From: Hypanus sabinus
Taxonomy: Eukaryota
DNA: 64,000 nucleotides
Reading direction: 5' to 3'
Assembly (NCBI RefSeq): GCF_030144855.1
Contig: NC_082712.1
Location: 9,734,001-9,798,000, forward strand
Shown: piece by piece, positions 11,691 to 24,800 of the stretch
Layout of the letters: every line of letters begins with the position of its first letter
How positions within the stretch are numbered: position 1 is the first letter of the stretch
The notes under the pieces: generated by a model
Databases searched by the model: none
What the model saw: the letters and a program-made list of their open reading frames with translations, nothing else
Told to the model about the DNA's origin: nothing
Position numbers and translations under genes: made by a program

Positions 11691-14600
11691 GTGTAAGTCG
11701 GACCATGAGGCGGCAGGAGGATTTAAAGGGAGCAGTTTGTGGAAGTCGGTCATTTTCTTCGGCACTTTAACGGGGGTGCGACTATGCAAGCGCATGTAAG
11801 TCAGACCATGAGGCAGCGGGAGGATTTAAAGAGAGCAGTTAGACAGAGCGGGCAACGTTGCAGAGGGAGACAGAGCAGGAAGGCTTTGTTTCGAGAGGCT
11901 TCCGCGAGCAGGGGCTGAGGACGAACTTCACTCCAAGTGAGGTAAGGTCGGGTAAGCCTTTAAAAGGAGAACGTTTCAAAAGTTGAGGCAACGTATTGGG
12001 TAGGTCATGACCGCTGAGATCAGCCCCATGGTTTGTTCATCCTGCAGCATGTGGGAAATCAGGGATACTTCCAGTGTCCCTGACGACTATGTGTGCAGGA
12101 AGTGTGTCCAGCTGCAGCTTCTGGCAAACCGCATTGAGCGGCTGGAGCTGCGATTGGATTCATACTGGAGCATCTGCGATGCTGAGAAAGTCGTGAATAG
12201 CACGTTCAGTGAGTTGGCCACACCGCAGGTAAAGGTTTCAGAGGCAGAAAGGGAATGGGTGGCCACTACACAGCGTAGCAGTAGGCAGGTAGTGCAGGAG
12301 TCCCCTGAGCCCATCTCCCTCCTAAACAGATATACTGTTTTGGATACTGTTGGGGGAGATGTCTCATCAGGGGAAGGCAGCAGCAGCCGAGTTCATGGCA
12401 CCATGGGTGGCTCTGCGGCACAGGAGGGAAGGACAAGGAGTGGGAGAGCTATAGTGATAGGGGATTCGATTGTAAGGGGAATAGATAGGCGTTTCTGCTG
12501 CTGCAAATGAGACTCCAGGATGGTATGTTGCCTCCCTGGTGCAAGAGTCAAGGATGTCTCTGAGCGGCTGCAGGACATTCTGGAATGGGAGGATGAACAG
12601 CCAGTGGTCGTGGTGCACATAGGTACCGATGATATAGGTAAAAAACGGGATGAGGTCCTACAAGGTGAATTTAGGGAGTTAGGAGATAAACTAAAAAGTA
12701 GGACCACAAAGTTAATAATCTCTGGATTACTACCAGTGCCACGTGCTAGTCAGAGTAGAAATAGGAGGATATTTCAGATGAATACGTGGTTTGAAAAATG
12801 GTGCCGGGGTAGGGATTCAAATTTCTGGGGCATTGGACCAGTTCTGGGGGACGTGGGACCAGTACAAACAGGACAGGCTGTACCTGGGCTGGACTGGAAC
12901 CAATGTCAATAGACAATAGACAATAGGTGCAGAAGTAGACCATTCGGCCCTTCGAGCCTGCACCGCCATTTTGAGATCATGGCTGATCAACTACTATCAA
13001 TACCCGGTTCTTGCCTTGTCCCCATATCACTTGATTCCCCTATCCATAAGATACCTATCTAGCTCCTTCTTGAAAGCATCCGGAGAATTGGCCTCCACTA
13101 CCTTCTGAGGCAGTGCATTCCAGACCCCCACAACTCTCTGGGAGAAGAAGTTTTTCCTTAACTCTGCGCTAAATGACCTACCGCTTATTCTCAAACCATG
13201 CCCTCTGGTACTGGACTCTCCCAGCATCTGGAACATATTTCCTGCCTCTATCTTGTCCAATCCCTTAATAATCTTATATGTTTCAATCAGATCCCCTCTC
13301 AATCTCCTTAATTCCAGCGTATACAAGCCCAGTCTCTCTAACCTCTCTGCGTAAGACAGTCCAGACATCCCAGGAATTAACCTCGTGAATCTACGCTGCA
13401 CTGCCTCTACAGCCAGGATGTCCTTCCTTAACTCTGGAGACCAAAACTGTACACAATACTCCAGGTGTGGTCTCACCAGGGCTCTGTACAGATGCAAGAG
13501 GATTTCCTTGCTCTTGTACTCAATTCCCTTTGTAATAAAGGCCAACATTCCATTAGCCTTCTTCACTGCCTGCTGCACTTGCTCATTCACCTTCAGTGAC
13601 TGATGAACAAGGACTCCAAGATCTCTTTGTATTTCTCCCTTACCCAACTCTACACTGTTCAGATAATAATCTGCCTTCCTGTTCTTACTCCCAAGGTGGA
13701 TAACCTCACACTTATTCACATTAAACGTCATCTGCCAAGTATCTGCCCACTCGCCCAGCCTATCCAAGTCACCCTGAATTCTCCTAACATCCTCATCACA
13801 TGTCACACTGCCACCCAGCTTAGTATCATCAGCAAATTTGCTGATGTTTTTTTCAATGCCTTCATCCAAATTGTTGACGTAAATTGTAAACAGCTGTGGT
13901 CCCAATACTGAGCCCTGTGGCACCCCACTAGTCAGCACCTGCCATTCCGAGAAACACCCATTCACTGCTACCCTTTGCTTTCTATCTGCCAACCAGTTTT
14001 CTATCCATGTCAATGCCTTCCCCCCAATGCCCTGAGCTTTGATTTTACCCACCAATCTCCTATGTGGGACCTTATCAAATGCCTTCTGAAAATCGAGGTA
14101 CACTACATCCACTGGATCTCGCTTGTCTAACTTCCTGGTTACATCCTCGAAAAACTCCAACAGATTAGTCAACCATGATTTACCCTTGGTAAATCCATGC
14201 TGGCTCGGCCCAATCCTATCACTGCTATCTAGATATGCCACTATTTCATCCTTAATAATGGACTCTAGCATCTTCCCCACCACCGATGTCAGGCTGATAG
14301 GTCGATAGTTCTCTGTTTTCTCCCTCCCTCCTTTCTTAGAAAGTGGGATAACATTAGCCATTCTCCAATCCTCAGGAACTGATCCTGAATCTAAGGAACA
14401 TTGGAAAATGATTACCAATGCATCCGCAATTTCCAGAGCCACCTCCTTTAGTACCCTAGAATGCAGACCATCTGGACCTGGGGATTTGTCAGCCTTCAGT
14501 CCCATCAGTCTTCTCATCACCGTTTCCTTCCTAATGTCAATCTGTTTCATTTCCTCTTTTACCCTATGTCCTTGGTCCATCCAAACATGTGGGAGATTGC

Positions 14601-17600
14601 TTGTGTCTTCCTTAGTGAAAACAGATCTAAAGTAATTAAATTCTTCTGCCATTTCTCTGTTTCCCATAACAATTTCACCCAATTCATTCTTCAAGGGCCC
14701 AACATTGTTCTTAACTATCTTCTTTCTCTTCAAAAAAGCTTTTTAGCAAAATACCTAAAAAAGCTTTTGCTATCTTCCTTTATATTCCTGGCTAGCTTGC
14801 ATTCATACCTCATTTTTTCTCCCCGTATTGTCTTTTTAGTTATGTCCTAGGGGGAGTGTTTGCTGCTGCTGTTCAGGAGGCTTTAAACTAATGTGGCGGG
14901 GGATGGGAACAAGTGCACAGAGACAGAGGGGTGTAAAATGAGGGTCGAAGCAAAAAGTAGTAAGGTGAAAAGTAAAAGTGGCAGGCAGGCAAATCCAGGG
15001 CAAAAATCAAAAAGGGCCACTTTTCAACATAATTGTATAAGGTCTAAGAGTGTTGTAAAAACAAGCCAGAAGGCTTTGTGTGTCAATGCGAGGAGCATTC
15101 ATAACAAGGTGGATAAATTGAATGTGCATAGTTATTAATAAATATGATATAGTTGGGATCACAGAGACATGGCTCCAGGGTGACCAAGGATGGGAGCTCA
15201 ACATCCAGGGATAGACAGGAAAGAAAAGGAGGTGGGGTAGCATTGCTGGTTAGAGAGGAGATTAACACAATAGAAAGGAACGACATTAGCCTGGAGGATG
15301 TGGAATCGATATGGGTAGAGCTGCATAACACTAAGGGGAAGAAAATGCTGGTGGGAGTTGTGTACAGGCCACCTAACAGTAGTAGTGAGGTTGGGGATGG
15401 TATTAAACAGGAAATTAGAAATGCTTGCAATAAAGGAACAGTAGTTATAATGGATGACTTCAATCTATATAGAGATTGGGTGAACCAAATTGGTAAGGGT
15501 GCTGAGGAAGAGAATTTCTTGGAATGTATGCGGGATGGTTTTCTGAACCAACATATCGAGGAACCAACTAGAGAGCAGGCCATTCTAGATTGGGTATTGA
15601 GCAATGAGCAAGGGTTAGTTAGCAATCTTGTTGTGCGAGGCCCCTTGGATAAGAGTGACCATAATATGGTGGAATTCTTCATTAAGATGGAGAGTGACAT
15701 AGTTAATACAGAAACAAAGGTTCTGAATTTAAAGAAGGGTAACCTTGAAGGTATGAGACGTGAATTAGCTAAGATAAACTGGCAAATGATACTTAAAGGG
15801 TTGACGGTGGATATGCAATGGCAAGCATTTAAAGATTGCATGGTTGAACTACAACAATTGTTCATCCCAGTCTGGCAAAAGAATAAACCAGGGAAGGTAG
15901 TGCACCCGTGGCTGATAAGAGAAATTAGGGATAGTATCAAGAAGAAATATACAAATTAGCCAGAAAAAGCGGCATACCTGAGGACTGGGAGAAATTCAGA
16001 GTCCAGCAGAGGAGGACAAAGGGCTTAATTAGGAAAGGGAAAAAAGATTATGAGAGAAAGCTGGCAGGGAACATAAAAACTGACTGTAAAAGCTTTTATA
16101 GATATGTGTAAAGAAAAAGATTGGTTAAGACAAATGTAGGTCCCTTACAGTCAAAAACAAGCGAATTGATCATGGGGAACAAAGACATGGCAGACCAATT
16201 GAATAACTACTTTGGTTCTGTCTGCACTAAGGAGGACATAAATAATCTTCCAGAAATAGTAGGGGACCGAGTATCTAGTGAGATGGAGGAACTGAGGGAA
16301 ATACATGTTAGTAGGAAAGTGGTGTTAGGTAAATTGAAGGGATTAAAGGTAGATAAATCTCCAGGGCCAGTTGGTCTGCATCCCAGAGTACTTAAGGAAA
16401 TAGCCCAAGAAATAGTGGATGCATTACTAATAATTTTTCAAAACTCCTTAGATTCTGGATTAGTTCCTGAGGATTGGAGGGTGGCTAATGTAAACCCACT
16501 TTTTAAAAAAAGGAGGGAGAGAGAAACCGGGGAATAATATACTGGTTAGCCTGACATCAGTGGTGGGGAAAATGCTAGAGTCGGTTATCAAAAATGTGAT
16601 AACAGAACATTTGGAAAGCGGTGAAATCATCGGACAAAGTCAGCATGGATTTGTGAAAGGAAAATCATGTCTGACGAATGCTATAGAATTCTTTGAAGAT
16701 GTAACTAGTAGAGTGGATAGGGGAGAGCCAGTGGATATTTAGATTTTCAAAAGGCTTTTGACAAAGTCCCACACAGGAGATTAGTGTGCAAACTTAAAGC
16801 ACATGGTATTGGGAGTATGGTATTGATGTGGATAGAGAATTAGTTGGCAGACAGGAAGCAAAGAGTGGGAGTAAACGGAACCTTTTCAGAATGGTAGGCA
16901 GTGACTAGTGGGGTACAGCAAGGCTCAGTGCTGGGACCCCAGTTGTTTACAATATATATTAATGATTTAGATGAGGGAATTAAATGCAGCATCTCCAAGT
17001 TTGCGGATGACACGAAGCTGGGCGGCGGTGTTAGCTGTGAGGAGGATGCTAAGAGGATGCAGGGTGACTTGGACAGGTTAGTTGAGTGGGCAAATTCATG
17101 GCAGATGCAATTTAATGTGGATAAATGTGAGGTTATCCACTTTGGTTGCAAGAACAGGAAAACAGATTATTATCTGAATGGTGGCCGATTAGAAAAGGGG
17201 AGGTGCAACAAGACCTGGGTGTCATTGTATACTAGTCATTGAAAGTGGGCATGCAAGTACAGCAGGCGGTGAAAAAGGCAAATGGTATGTTGGCATTCAT
17301 AGCAAAAGGATTTGAGTACAGGAGCAGGGAGGTTCTACTGCAGTTGTACAAGGCCTTGGTGAGACCGCATCTAGAATATTGTGTGCAGTTTTGGTCCCCT
17401 CATCTGAGGAAAGACATTCTTGCCATAGCTGGAGTACAAAGAAGGTTCACCAGATTGATTCCTGGGATGGCAGGACTTTCATATAAAGAAAGACTGGATT
17501 GACTAGGCTTATACTCACTGGAATTTAGAAGATTGAGGGGGGATCTTATTGAAACGTATAAAATTCTAAAGGGATTGGACAGGCTAGATGCAAGAAGATT

Positions 17601-17919
17601 GTTACCAATGTTAGGGAAGTCCAGAATGAGAGGTCACAGTTTAAGGATAAAGGGAAAGCCTTTTAGGACCGAGATGAGGAAAAATTTCTTCACACAGAGT
17701 GGTGAATCTGTGGAATTCTCTGCCACAGGAAACAGTTGAGGCCGGTTCATTGGCTATATTTAAGAGGAAGTTAGATATGGTCCTTGTGGCTAAAGGGATC
17801 GGGGGGTATGGAGAGAAAGCAGGTACAGGGTTCTGAGTTGGATGATCAACCATGATCATACTGAATAGCAGTGCAGGCTCGAAGGGCCAAATGGCCCACT
17901 CCTGCACCTATTTTCTATG
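11691..17919 (+). mobile_element. Near full-length CR1 LINE (5'UTR, ORF1 zinc-knuckle plus SGNH esterase, ORF2 APE+RT), inactive, interrupted by an antisense CR1
   Basis: ORF1 VCSSCSMWEI...YVCRKCVQLQLL and GDSIVRG. APE pieces LCVNARSI, GGGVALLV and VVYRPPNS. RT pieces QHGFVKGKSC and KFADDTKLGG. Inserted in a Rex tail with putative TSD TTTATAT (11684-11690, 17920-17926). Confidence 0.9.
12908..14841 (-). mobile_element. Young 5'-truncated CR1 inserted antisense into the host CR1 ORF1
   Basis: 568-aa uninterrupted RT ORF (13027..14733), (ATTGTCT)n tail, and 5-bp TSD ATGTC at 12903-12907 and 14842-14846. Confidence 0.93.
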
Positions 17920-18129
17920 TTTATATATCAACTTGTACACCTACAGAATACTTTAATCTTTTAATAATATTGTGTTAATACTATTTTCTGTTCTGTTTGT
18001 GATTGATGCACTGTGTTTTGGTCCCTGAGGAATGATGCTTCGTTTCGCTGTATACATGTGTATTTGAATGACAATGTACTTGGACTTCATGTTGAGGAGT
18101 TGGAGGACTTTCTTGGCTATGGCTCCTAC

Positions 18130-18800
18130 ATAGTTAGAGCAGGATAAACCATTGGTAAAGGTCACCCCAAGAGCTGGAAACTTTCAGCTCTCTTAACCTC
18201 AGCACTGTTGATGTAAACAAGAGCCTGTGGCCACCCCACCCCACCGAACTCCCTGAACATGACAACCAGTTTTTTAGTTTGTTGGTATTGAAGGGAAAAT
18301 TATTATCATGACACCATGTCACAGAACTCTCTGTCTCCTTCCTGAGATCCTGCCCACCACAGTGATATTACCTGCTAACTTGTAGAACAGGACTTCCCAA
18401 ACTTTTGTATGCCATGGACCCCTAGTATTAACCAAGGGGTCTGTGGAGCCCAGGTTGGGAACCCCCATTAGAGGGATTTGGAGCAGAATCTGGCCACACA
18501 ATCTTGAGTGCACAGGGAGCAGCGGGGAGGTCTGAGGACACAACCTTATAGGGCATTGGTGTTGAGGATAACAGTGGTAAAGGTATTGTTGCCATCCTTA
18601 ATGATGGCAGTTTGTCGGTCAGGAAGTCAAAAATTGTTGCAAAGGGGCAGGGTATTGAGCTGCAGTGTCTAGAATTTTCGAAATGGAGGAAACAAGATGC
18701 AGGACAGATGGAGAGAAAACTGTCCACATGACTACATAAACATCAGCTGACCATGATCCTCTGTCACTCATCTCAGTACATGAAAACCAAGGATACAAGC
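18130..18800 (-). mobile_element. Rex1/Babar LINE fragments
   Basis: TWCHDNN..NTNKLK and FLSICPASCF...CSSIPCP remnants. Confidence 0.55.
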
Positions 18801-19596
18801 TCATCTGAGAAACTACAAAAACCCTGTCAGAAGCACAAGAGAATTCTTAGAAGTGAAAGATGTGGCTGACCGTAGGAACCCACTAGAGTCAGTATAAGTA
18901 CATGGATGGGGGGGGGGGGGGGTATGGAGGGCCATGGTCCAGGACAGGTTCCATTGGACTAGGTAGAATAACAGTTTGGCACAAATTAGATGGGCTGAAG
19001 GGTCTGTTTCTGTGCTACAGCACTCCATGACTCATAACCAATAATGTTCTTCATTTCTGTTCAGATGTCAAACATCAGCCCATTAATACCTGTACAAAAC
19101 AGAGATGTCTCGCACTAAAACTTCTGAGTGGGTAGCAGTTAACAATGAGTTTAAGTTACAACTGTGTAATGGGTATATTCCAATATTATCACCCAGTACA
19201 AGAACCCCATTTCACACAAATACAAAAGTAGTGTCTGTGACTTGGGCTCAATTCTGGCGTCTGTAAGGAATCTGCACGTTCACCCCTTGACTGCCTGCGT
19301 TTCTTCCCACATCACAAAGACAGATGTAACTGGGTGGCATGAGCTCATTGGGCCTGTTACCATGCTGATTCTCTAAATGAAAAACTAATTAAAAAAATAA
19401 AAGCCGCTGGCTTGTGAAGGGAGGGGCTGCTTTATGCATTGTTTGGAAAGTCCTTGAGAAAATCCAAAAATTTTTCAAATGTTTCCCCAGTGTTGAATAC
19501 CAAAGAAATAAATAAATAATGAACGAGACACCAAAAATTAAATATTTGACACCCAGAAAAAGTTTTGTTCAACTTAAAAGTGGATAAATGGAAATA

Positions 19597-20265
19597 CAGT
19601 CGTCCTTCCCTATCCGCGGATTCTGCTTGCGCGAATTTAACCAACCGTGGAACGCGAAAACCCGGAAGTGCTCTTCCAGCANNNNNNNNNNNNNNNNNNN
19701 NNNNNNNNNNNNNNNNNNNNNNNNNNNNNNNNNNNNNNNNNNNNNNNNNNNNNNNNNNNNNNNNNNNNNNNNNNNNNNNNNNNNNNNNNNNNNNNNNNNN
19801 NNNNNNNNNNNNNNNNNNNNNNNNNNNNNNNNNNNNNNNNACGGGATCGAAAAAAATCGGGAGTTCTCTTACTAGGTAAGCTTAGTAATAATTGTAGCTT
19901 TTCATTGGGGCAGAGCCTTTCTCACCTTATCCTTTAAAATTGTTACGATCGTTGACCGACGTAGCCTAACGCTTTTCCAGTGACCGATGGTGTTTCACCT
20001 GTTTCCGATTGCTTTATTATTTCCACTTTACTTTCAATCGTGATTGTGATTATTTTCGTGAACAGAAGCACTGTGCATTCAGAGCTCTGGCACCGGGTCC
20101 TAATGTCCACCGCACTGAGACTGGTTAAATAAAGGTCTGGAGTTCCGCTGGGTCCTAAGGTCCACCAGATTAAGAAAGGTTGCATAAGGGACTTGACCAT
20201 CTGTGAATTTTGGTATCCGTGAGGGGTCCCGGAACCAATCCCCCGTGGATAAGGAGGGCTGACTG
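19597..20265 (-). mobile_element. Tigger/pogo-type non-autonomous DNA transposon
   Basis: TA TSDs (19595-96, 20266-67), 23-bp TIRs CAGTC... with 18/23 match, and a CENP-B-type HTH remnant ITIESKVEIIKQSETGETPSVTGKALG. Spans the second gap. Confidence 0.85.
19682..19840. other. Assembly gap (159 N)
   Basis: N run. Confidence 1.
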
Positions 20266-20901
20266 TATATTAATTTTTGGGGTGGTGTCGAAGCAGAAAC
20301 GCTTTTGCTAGTAACTAAATTATCTATATGTGGTTCATTGAACTCCAGCGAGTACAGGCTCAGAGCCATCAGATGCACCTCATATGTTAACCGTTCCGTT
20401 CCTGGACTCATTCTTATGAACCTCCTCTGGACTCTCTCCAATACCTGTACATCCTATCTTTGATAAGGGACCCAAACATCCAAATGCGGTCTGAATGGTG
20501 AAATTCAGTTTCCACTGGGAGGAATTTTTAAAAAAATACCTAGAAGCAGCAGAAGTTGTTAGAGAACTCTCATCTGGCTGCTTTCTCCTTAGGTCTGGTC
20601 TGACACCCTGGTTCCACTCAGCCGAGTCTCACCAGCACCTTCCCGTAGGGATCAATTCTGGCCGGACCCTCCAGAAGTTTCCAACATGTCTACCAAGTTC
20701 TGGAATCACACCACTGGGTAGGATGTCACACCTTGCTAGGGTAGAATCTATGTCCTGTGGGAAACTGCTTCATCGCTTCACGGGGTCCTCGTGTGTCCGT
20801 TCATCCACTCACTTCAAGGATCTTAAAAGCAGTCATTCATCCTTGGCACTCTCTGTGCTCACATACTCTTACATCTGCACACAGTGATGTTACTCACTGG
20901 G

Positions 20902-21118
20902 AAACAGCTCACTGAAATACACACAGACAGAAATGCACCGATATACTGATAAATACACACACAACATGCTTATAAACAGCTCACTGAAATACACACAGAC
21001 AGAAATGCACCAATATACTGATAAATAAACACACAACATGCTTATAAACAGCTCACTGAAATACACACAGACAGAAATGCACCTATATACTGATAAATAC
21101 ACACACACAGCTCACTGA
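20902..21118. repeat. 72-bp tandem repeat, 3 copies
   Basis: Units start at 20902, 20974 and 21046 (aaacagctcactgaaatacacacagacagaaatgcac...). Confidence 0.92.
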
Positions 21119-21499
21119 CATTCATCTACACACACTGACTGATACAGAAACACACTCTCACTGACATGCATAGGCTGGTAAATAAGCTTATTGACATACA
21201 CACACTCTCAGACATACATCACTAACACAGATGTGCATCTACATGCACACACCCACACTGACATACATGCTCTTCATACACACTCACAGATACTCATTAC
21301 AGACGTGTTGATTCACACACACATGCTGACATACTCACTGGTAAACCCACACACAGACATGCTCATATACACATACACAGTGATATTCACACTCAGTCCC
21401 TCTCTCTCATACACCGCTTGTCCTAAAGGATTCAATTCTGCTGAAGTGGGTCCCTAGTAGTAAGTCTCTGCAGTATTAACTCAGTGTTAGTATGGCCAC

Positions 21500-21875
21500 T
21501 CATTTATCACTCCCCTCCGTGTCCTGCTCAGGCATACGGGACTCTGCCACAAGCGAGCCGTTGTCTTCAGTAATGTTCACTTCAGGCGTACAAGTCTGCG
21601 CAGTAAGAAAGGCGCTCTCCTCAGTTGCATTCGGTTCAGGCGTCAGGGATACCGCCGAAAGAGAGGCATTTTCTGCGATTGAATTCTCCTCAGGCGTCCG
21701 GGGTACCGCCACCAGAGAGCCATTTTCAATCACTTTCACTTCAGGTGTCCAGATCTGTGCGGTAAGAGAGGCGCTTTCTTCAGTCGCATTCGATTCAGGC
21801 ACCTGGGGCACCTTCTCAACAGAGCCGTTCTGCTCAGGCATGATTACCACTGCAAGAGAGGAATTATCTTCAGAA
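21500..21875 (-). CDS. SIGLEC15-like: Exon 5: acidic tandem-repeat C-terminal tail and stop
   Basis: Acceptor ttatctccag|T (phase 2), with an in-frame stop just upstream in the intron. Open frame SEDNSSLAVVIMPEQ...MPEQDTEGSDK-TGA(21502-21500), including ORF 21500..21850. Confidence 0.78.
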
Positions 21876-24800
21876 CTGGAGATAATCTCACAAAATCACA
21901 GAGCCCCAACCTTCCTCTAACGACCACCCCCCCCCCCCACCACCACCTTCCAATTTCTACCCCTGCCTCACCTCCCCCACTTCACACCCGGGCTCACAAA
22001 GTCAACAGCAAGATTCCACACCCTACCCTCCGCCCTCTACCTCCAGTCTCCGGGCTCAGTCCATTCCCTCCTGGCAACTCCCGCATATACTCTGCCCTTC
22101 CTTCCACACATTCCACGTGCGTTACGCTCCCCCTTGAAGTTTACCAAGTATTTTTCTGGCACTTTCTACCACAGAATACTCTGTTTAAGGAACTGTGGAG
22201 CGGTTTAATTGTTAGATCAGGTTACCTGATGACGTCTGCTGCAGGCGCACGCTAACTTTCGAATACTCCGATGAATTTGGCTGGGCCCTGGGTGATAAGC
22301 AAGAAATCGAATTAAACATTCATTGCTGTGTGGGGCACACAATATCCCTCATTAACCTGAGACTAGTGCTATTGCGGGCTCATAAATCCCGCAGTTTTCC
22401 AACCACCACACCTCAAGTAAAGACACAGTAACGGTTAGCATAATGCTGTTACAGAGTCAGCTCCAGCCGCTGCTGTCTGTAAGGAGTGTGTTCTCCAAGG
22501 GACCGCGTACGTTTCCTCCCACAACTCAAAGACGTATGGGTTAGTAGGTAATTTGGTCACTTGGGTGTAACAGGGGGGCCAAGGTCCAGAAGGGCCTGTC
22601 AACCTGCTGTATCTCTAAATAAATAAATAAAACTTGCTGTAGGTGAAGAGGCATCCAGGTTTCTCGGTATGTGAACCCAGCAAATTAGCTGGCAGGTGCA
22701 ATGAGATGTTAAGACGACAAATTAGCCTTTATTGGAAAGGGATTTGAGTTTAGACGCAGGGAGTCTTTGTTAAGTTGCACAGAGTTGGTGAGGCCACAGC
22801 CGGAATAGTATGCAATGCTGTGGTCCCTCTAATCCCAAAAAACAGGGATATAGTAATGTTGGATGCAATGCCGAAGAGACTCATTCCTGAGATGGAAGGG
22901 TTGTCCTATCAAGGGAAGTTAGGTAGTTTGGGTTTTTAATGCTTTGAAGTTTAAAAGGAAGGGTGTACTAATTGATCCTGAGAGGTTTGATGGGAAGATG
23001 GTATGTAGAAGGTGAGACATTTTAACCAATGGGATATCTCGAACAAGGGGACCTAATTACAAGAAAAGGGGCTGTTCATTTAAAAGGTTCATTTTTTTTT
23101 ATCAAGCACAATGAATCTCTGGAACCCTCTACCCAGGAGATTTAGGGAGATCGTCAATAGAGTTATTTAAGTTCTGATGCAGATGAGGATTAGCCTTCGG
23201 TGTCGAACGTCGGAAGATACAGTGAAATGCATCATTTGTGTCAAATCAAATCAAGCAGGATTGTGCCGGACAGCCTGCAAGTGTCGCCAAGCTTCTGGTG
23301 CCAACAAAGCATGTCCACAACTCATTAACCCTAACTCATACATCTTTGAACTGTGGGAGGAAACTGGAGCACCTGGAGAAAACTCACGTGATCCTTAGGA
23401 ACCGATCGCAGCTGCTGAAGCTAACCACAATGTTACTGTTCCTTCCATAAAAGCTGATTGAGGGCTGGAGGGAACAGGAACAGATGAGGGGTTGAGGCCA
23501 TTGCAAATTAGTAATGATCATGTCAAGAGATGGGGCTTCAGGGGCCGGGTGGCCCACTAGTGCTCCTATTGCCCTGCGATACCTGCTCTTGCTTTCATTG
23601 TAGTGCTGAGATACATCTGAGAAATATTCACCTTGGTCAACACTGGTGAGATTGGAATTACTGATGGAAGACTCAGTCTTCTAGGTAGGTTGAAAGAAAG
23701 CTCCTGTGAGAGGAGTGACTAAGTCATTAGAGTTATTTAACCTACTGAACATTGAAGTTCCTAGATAAGACCCTGCAGAGGATAGTGAGGTCAGCCAAGA
23801 AGATCATGGAGATCTCTCTTCCCGCTATTATGGACATTTACACTACACGCTGCATCCGCAAAGCAAACAGCATTATGAAGGACCCCATGCACTCCTCATA
23901 CAATCTTTGCGTATATGATTTGCGTATATGATTTCAATTTCAGAGATTTTTTGGGTTGACTCAATTCGTTTTAAATAGTCCTATTGTATCTATTTGTTTT
24001 TTCCACCCTTCCATTATAGATCAAGCTTATTTGGCTTGGAAAACTAAGGGATTACTAAGATTTTCTGATTTATTTTTGGACAATTGTTTCATGTCTTTTG
24101 AGCAATTATCCAACAAATATAACTTGCCTAGATTTCATTTTTTTAGATATTTACAGATTAGACATTTTTTAAGTTCTGTACTCCCTACGTTTCCAAATTT
24201 TGTGCCTTCAGATATTTTGGAGAGTTTATTTGAATTAGACCCTTTTCAAAAAGGGCTTATTTCAAAACTTTATGATATAATTATGAAGATACGTTCAGAG
24301 CCTCTTTATAAGACCAAAAAGGATTGGGAAAGAGAGCTTAGCCTTATTATTTCTAGTGAGAATTGGGATAGAATTCTTCAATTAGTTAATACATCATTGA
24401 TATGTGCCAAACATTCATTAATACAATTTAAGGTCGTACATAGGGCCCATATGTCCAAGGATAAATTAGCTAATTTTTACTCTCATATTAGTCCTATTTG
24501 TGATAAGTGTCAATCTGAAATTGCGTCTTTAACTCATATGTTTTGGTCTTGTTCATTTTTGGAGAAATATTGGAAAGATATTTTTGATATTATTTCTGCG
24601 GTTTTGAATATTGATTTACAACCTCATCCTATTACCGCAATTTTTGGTTTACCAATGTTAGACTCACTGCATTTATCTTCTTCTGCCCGTCGAATGATTG
24701 CATTTCTAACTCTGATGGCTAGAAGATCTATATTGTTGAATTGGAAGGAAATTAATCCTCCCACTGTATTTAATTGGTTCTCTCAAACTATGTTATGTTT

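Noticed and set aside
20495-20887. 130-aa plus-strand ORF
   Set aside because: Non-ATG start, no recognisable domain, antisense to the predicted 3'UTR.
20890-21108. Cys-rich 24-aa repeat ORF
   Set aside because: Artefact of the 72-bp repeat.
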